Below are positions 60,350 through 64,000 of a stretch of 64,000 nucleotides of DNA, one piece after another. Origin of the DNA: Octopus sinensis. Taxonomy: Eukaryota. The stretch's first letter is position 1. Each line of letters begins with the position of its first letter. The stretch spans positions 51,584,001 to 51,648,000 of the forward strand of contig NC_043004.1 in NCBI RefSeq assembly GCF_006345805.1. Reading direction: 5' to 3'. The notes under the pieces are model-generated. The model did no database searches and was not told where the DNA came from. It worked only from the letters and a program-made list of their open reading frames with translations. A program made the position numbers and the translations under genes.

Positions 60350-60710
60350 TCAGTTTCCGAGGTGAGCAGATCCTTTATCATCTCTGCAAGGTTCAAGGTC
60401 CTTAGATCAGCCTTCACCATTTCATCCCTTATCTTCCAAGCTTCATCTACATTAAGTGATCGGTACTTCCTTATACAACTCTCCTCACCCATATAGTTCA
60501 CATGCCCATACTGGGGCAGTTTTCTACATCTCATTCCTCTTATACATAGTTCTTCTCTCAACACATTTGTGCTTTGTTGTTCATGTACATTTACATAGAA
60601 TATCTAATGGGGGATCTTAGCTTCATTTCTTTCTGGTCTTCTCAAATCCTCTACATTCAAGTCCCATGTCTCACTACCATGCAGTATTGCAGCTCTAACA
60701 CAAGTGAAAT
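60350..60710 (-). mobile_element. Decayed RTE LINE 3' ORF remnant
   Basis: VRAAILHGSETWDLNVEDLRR..RNEAK, homologous to 25190-25560. Confidence 0.65.
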
Positions 60711-62242
60711 TCAAATAACATGATAAATTACAGTAAATGAAATAAAAATTATATGATAAAATGTTGGTTTCAAATTTTGGAACAAGGCCATCTATTTCAA
60801 AAGCAGGTTAAATCAATTACATCAACCCCAGTGTTTAACTGGTACTTATTTTATCAACTCCAAAAGGATGAAAGGCAAAGTTGATCTTGGCAGAATTTAA
60901 ACTCAGAACGTAAAAACAAATGAAATACTGCAAACCACTCCAAATCCAAATTTTACTAACATGTTGTTCTCAGAAACAGAATCGCTTGTACCAGGTCTGC
61001 CTTCATAGAAGCCCTTAAATCTGATTTATATTTTATCTTTTACTTGTTTCAGTCATTTGACTGTGGCCAGGCTAGGGCACTGCCCTGAAGAGTTTTAGCT
61101 GAAGAAATTAGCACTTGGGCTTTTTTTTGTAAGCTTAGTATTTATTCTGTTGGTCTCTTTTGCCAAAATGCTAAGTTAGGGGGGACATAAAGACACCAAG
61201 ACCAGTTTACCAGTGGTGGTGGTAGTGACAAACACATACCCTAAGACACACACACAGATACATACATACATACACACATACATACACACACACACACACA
61301 CCACACACACACACATACATACATACATACATACATACATACATACATACATGCTTGCATGACTGGCTTCTTTCAGTTTCCATCTACCAAATCCACCCTC
61401 AGCCTGAGGTTACAATAGAAGACACTTGCCCAAGGTTCTACACAGTGGGACTGAACCTGGAACTATGTGGGGGCACATCATAACCATGAGTTGAGAGGAA
61501 TTCTTTGGAGTTTTAATTACTCACCTTTAGAAACATGGGTATTTTATTCAATATTCTTAATCAACATCCTTATTCAAGGACCTTTTGAGCGGGATGAGTT
61601 ACTTGACCTGAAGAAAGTGGGCCCCACCTGCAAGGTCATGCACTGTTTATCTTGATATGAGAACACTATGATGCACACATATGGTTGTAATGCATGTACC
61701 TGATGTACCCTTATCAGACGGGTAGTCATGATGGGTATACTGGGCTTCATATATTTTACCCCAGTGTCAGTTTGATGTCATGTGCTGCTCTCTCACTCAA
61801 TAATAATAATAATAATGGTTTCAAATTTTGGTACAAGGCCAGCAATTTTGAGGTGGAGGTAAGTTGATTACATCAACCCTCACTACTCAACTGGTACTTA
61901 TTTTATCAACCCCAAAATGAAAGGCAAAGTTGACCTCAGTAGAGTTTGAACTCAGAGTATAGAGACAGATGAAATGCAGCTAAGCATATTGCCCAGTGCG
62001 CTAATGATTCTGCCAGCTCACCACCTTTAACCAGTTCAAGAGTAATCTGTTCTAATATAAGCACAAAGCCTGAAATTTTTGTGGATTGGTTAATTAATTA
62101 CGTCTACCTCAATACTTGGTTTGTACTTCACTTTATTGATTTCAAAAGGATGAAAGGCAAAACTGACCTCAGTGAAATTTGATCTCAGAATGCCAAAACA
62201 ATTACCACAAAGTATTTTTTCCAATGTTCTGTCAGTTGAGCC

Positions 62243-62884
62243 CTGTTTTAGCATTCAGGTTACACTATCAAATGTACTTGTTCATTTATTCAGATTGTTT
62301 TGAATTAATCAGGCATTATCTCATAGTTTTGAGATTTTGATGGTGCGTTTGCTTAGTTTAGAACAACATTTACTCTTTACTCTTTTACTTGTTTCAGTCA
62401 TTTGACTGCGGCCATGCTGGAGCACCGCCTTTAATCGAGCAACTCGACCCCAGGACTTATTCTTTGTAAGCCCAGTACTTATTCTATCAGTCTCTTTTGC
62501 CGAACCGCTAAGTAACGGGGACATAAACACACCAGCATCGGTTGTCAAGCAATGCTAGGGGGACAAACACAGACACACAAACACATACACGCATATATAT
62601 ATATATATATATATATTACATATATACAACGGGCTTCTTTTAGTTTCCGTCTACCAAATCCACTCAGATGGCTTTGGTCGGCCCGAGGCTATAGTAGAAG
62701 ACTCTTGCCCAAGGTGCCACATAGTGGGACTGAACCCGGAACCATGTGGTTGATAAGCAAGCTACTTACCACACAGCCACTCCTGCACCTATTGTAGAAT
62801 ATATGTAAGATGAATCCTTTCAATTTGAACATAAAACAGCTGGAATACTTGAGCTGGATATGGCTAGCTTACACACTTAAAGGG
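62243..62884. mobile_element. piggyBac-like MITE interrupted by a SINE
   Basis: Right end AAAGGG|TTAA. Body homologous to 58731-58898. SINE inserted at about 62371-62790. Confidence 0.6.
62371..62790 (-). mobile_element. SINE family A
   Basis: Full-length reverse copy inside a MITE. Confidence 0.9.
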
Positions 62885-64000
62885 TTAAGCTACAAGTCTA
62901 ACCTAGACATTGTTTTTCTTTTTTTTTTCCCCTTTCCTCGGGGCACCTGAACTTATTGATATTCAGCAAACTTTTCTTTGTTTCCTGCAAGTGTATTAGT
63001 TTACTAAAAGTATTTTGGTGCTTGATGGTTGTTGAGTTGGTGTGTTTTCTATGAGTCTCTTTCCTTTTGTGCAACTCACTTCATGTCTGATGCATGCAAC
63101 AATAACTGTTACCTTGTAATTGTTGTCTTATCTTTGATCACATCTATGCTGCTTGTGTGTATGTAAGTGCAGTGATGCGTGTCCTGTGAGGATTTAGTTT
63201 ACTTTCTTTGTATGTTTCAGTGAATGTTGTTTGATAATTAATGTCTTCAACTATATTCCAAAGATCAAAAGACAGCAAACAATAACTGCGCAAACATCAA
63301 GCACTCTCTACGTAGGTGTGAAGTTGCCCCAGTTTCTTTGCGCTTTACTTTCTTTGTTGTTTATGATCTTAGTTGTAAGAGTGGAGGTACAATGACCTCG
63401 CGGTTGTAGGATCATGGCTTTGATTCCCAGACCAGGCGTTGTATTTATTGAGTAAAAACACTCAAAGTTCCACGAGGCTCCGACAGTGGGGGGGGGGGGA
63501 CCCTACTGTACCCTTTCACCACAACTTTCACTCTTTCTTCCTGTTTCTGTTGTACCTGTATTTCAAAGGGGCCAGCCTTGTCACACTCTGTGTTACGCGG
63601 AATCTCCCCAAGAACTATGTTAAGGGTACACGTTGTCTGTGGAGTGCTCAGCCACTTGCACGTTATGGAATCCTCGCCGTCATAACCAAAAGAGTACCAC
63701 ATGTAGTAGTAAGAATTTTATGATGGTTAAGTGGGGGAAAAAAAAAAATCTTGATCGAGTTTGTGGTTTTGAGTGCATCAGCTAGGGAAGTTATGTTTGT
63801 TTTACCAAGTACCGCCTGACTGGCACCCATGCCGGTGGCACGTAAAAAGCACCCACTACACTCTCAGAGTGGTTGGCGTTAGGAAGGGCATCCAGTTGTA
63901 GAAACTTTGCCAGATCAAGATTGAAGCCTGGTGCAGCCATCTGGCTCGCCAGCCCTCAGTCAAAATTGTCCAACCCATGCTAGCATGGATAGCGGATGTT

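Noticed and set aside
52796-64000. GLDC exon 2
   Set aside because: No acceptor followed by an S/T-x-D/E-E-L-I..T-V/I-P frame was found. The TACTAAC..TTCTCAG 21-nt candidate near 60976-60996 encodes KQNRLYQ, which is unlike GLDC.

Overview
AT-rich, repeat-dense eukaryotic genomic DNA. The SINE/RTE/Penelope repertoire and long (TA/CA)n tracts point to an octopod cephalopod (inference, not verified). Host-gene content is sparse. It comprises the first coding exon of mitochondrial glycine dehydrogenase (GLDC, + strand, 52510-52782, with the same intron position as human exon 1), followed by more than 11 kb of intron, and one orphan minus-strand exon with strong splice signals (29583-29672). The rest is mobile DNA: a full-length Tx1/L1-clade LINE (38166-43345) that is one in-frame TAG away from intact and is nested inside the ORF1 of an older Tx1 relative, a 5'-truncated RTE LINE with a PHD-like finger, an IR/DR-type Tc1, a deleted mariner, hAT/piggyBac/Helitron non-autonomous elements, CR1 and CRE remnants, a cluster of Penelope-like (GIY-YIG) fragments, and dozens of tRNA-derived SINEs. 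The most striking hidden layers are: (1) at least five architecturally different type-I hammerhead ribozyme motifs, including an apparently intact one in the loop of a ~150-bp near-perfect foldback (31365-31760); (2) a tRNA-like Pol III promoter placed upstream of a hammerhead in a Penelope terminal repeat; (3) an abundant SINE whose 3' tail matches the 3' end of the Tx1 LINE; (4) a 342-bp templated copy of the neighbouring Tc1 pasted into the RTE ORF. All calls were made by eye with no database searches, and repeat boundaries are approximate.
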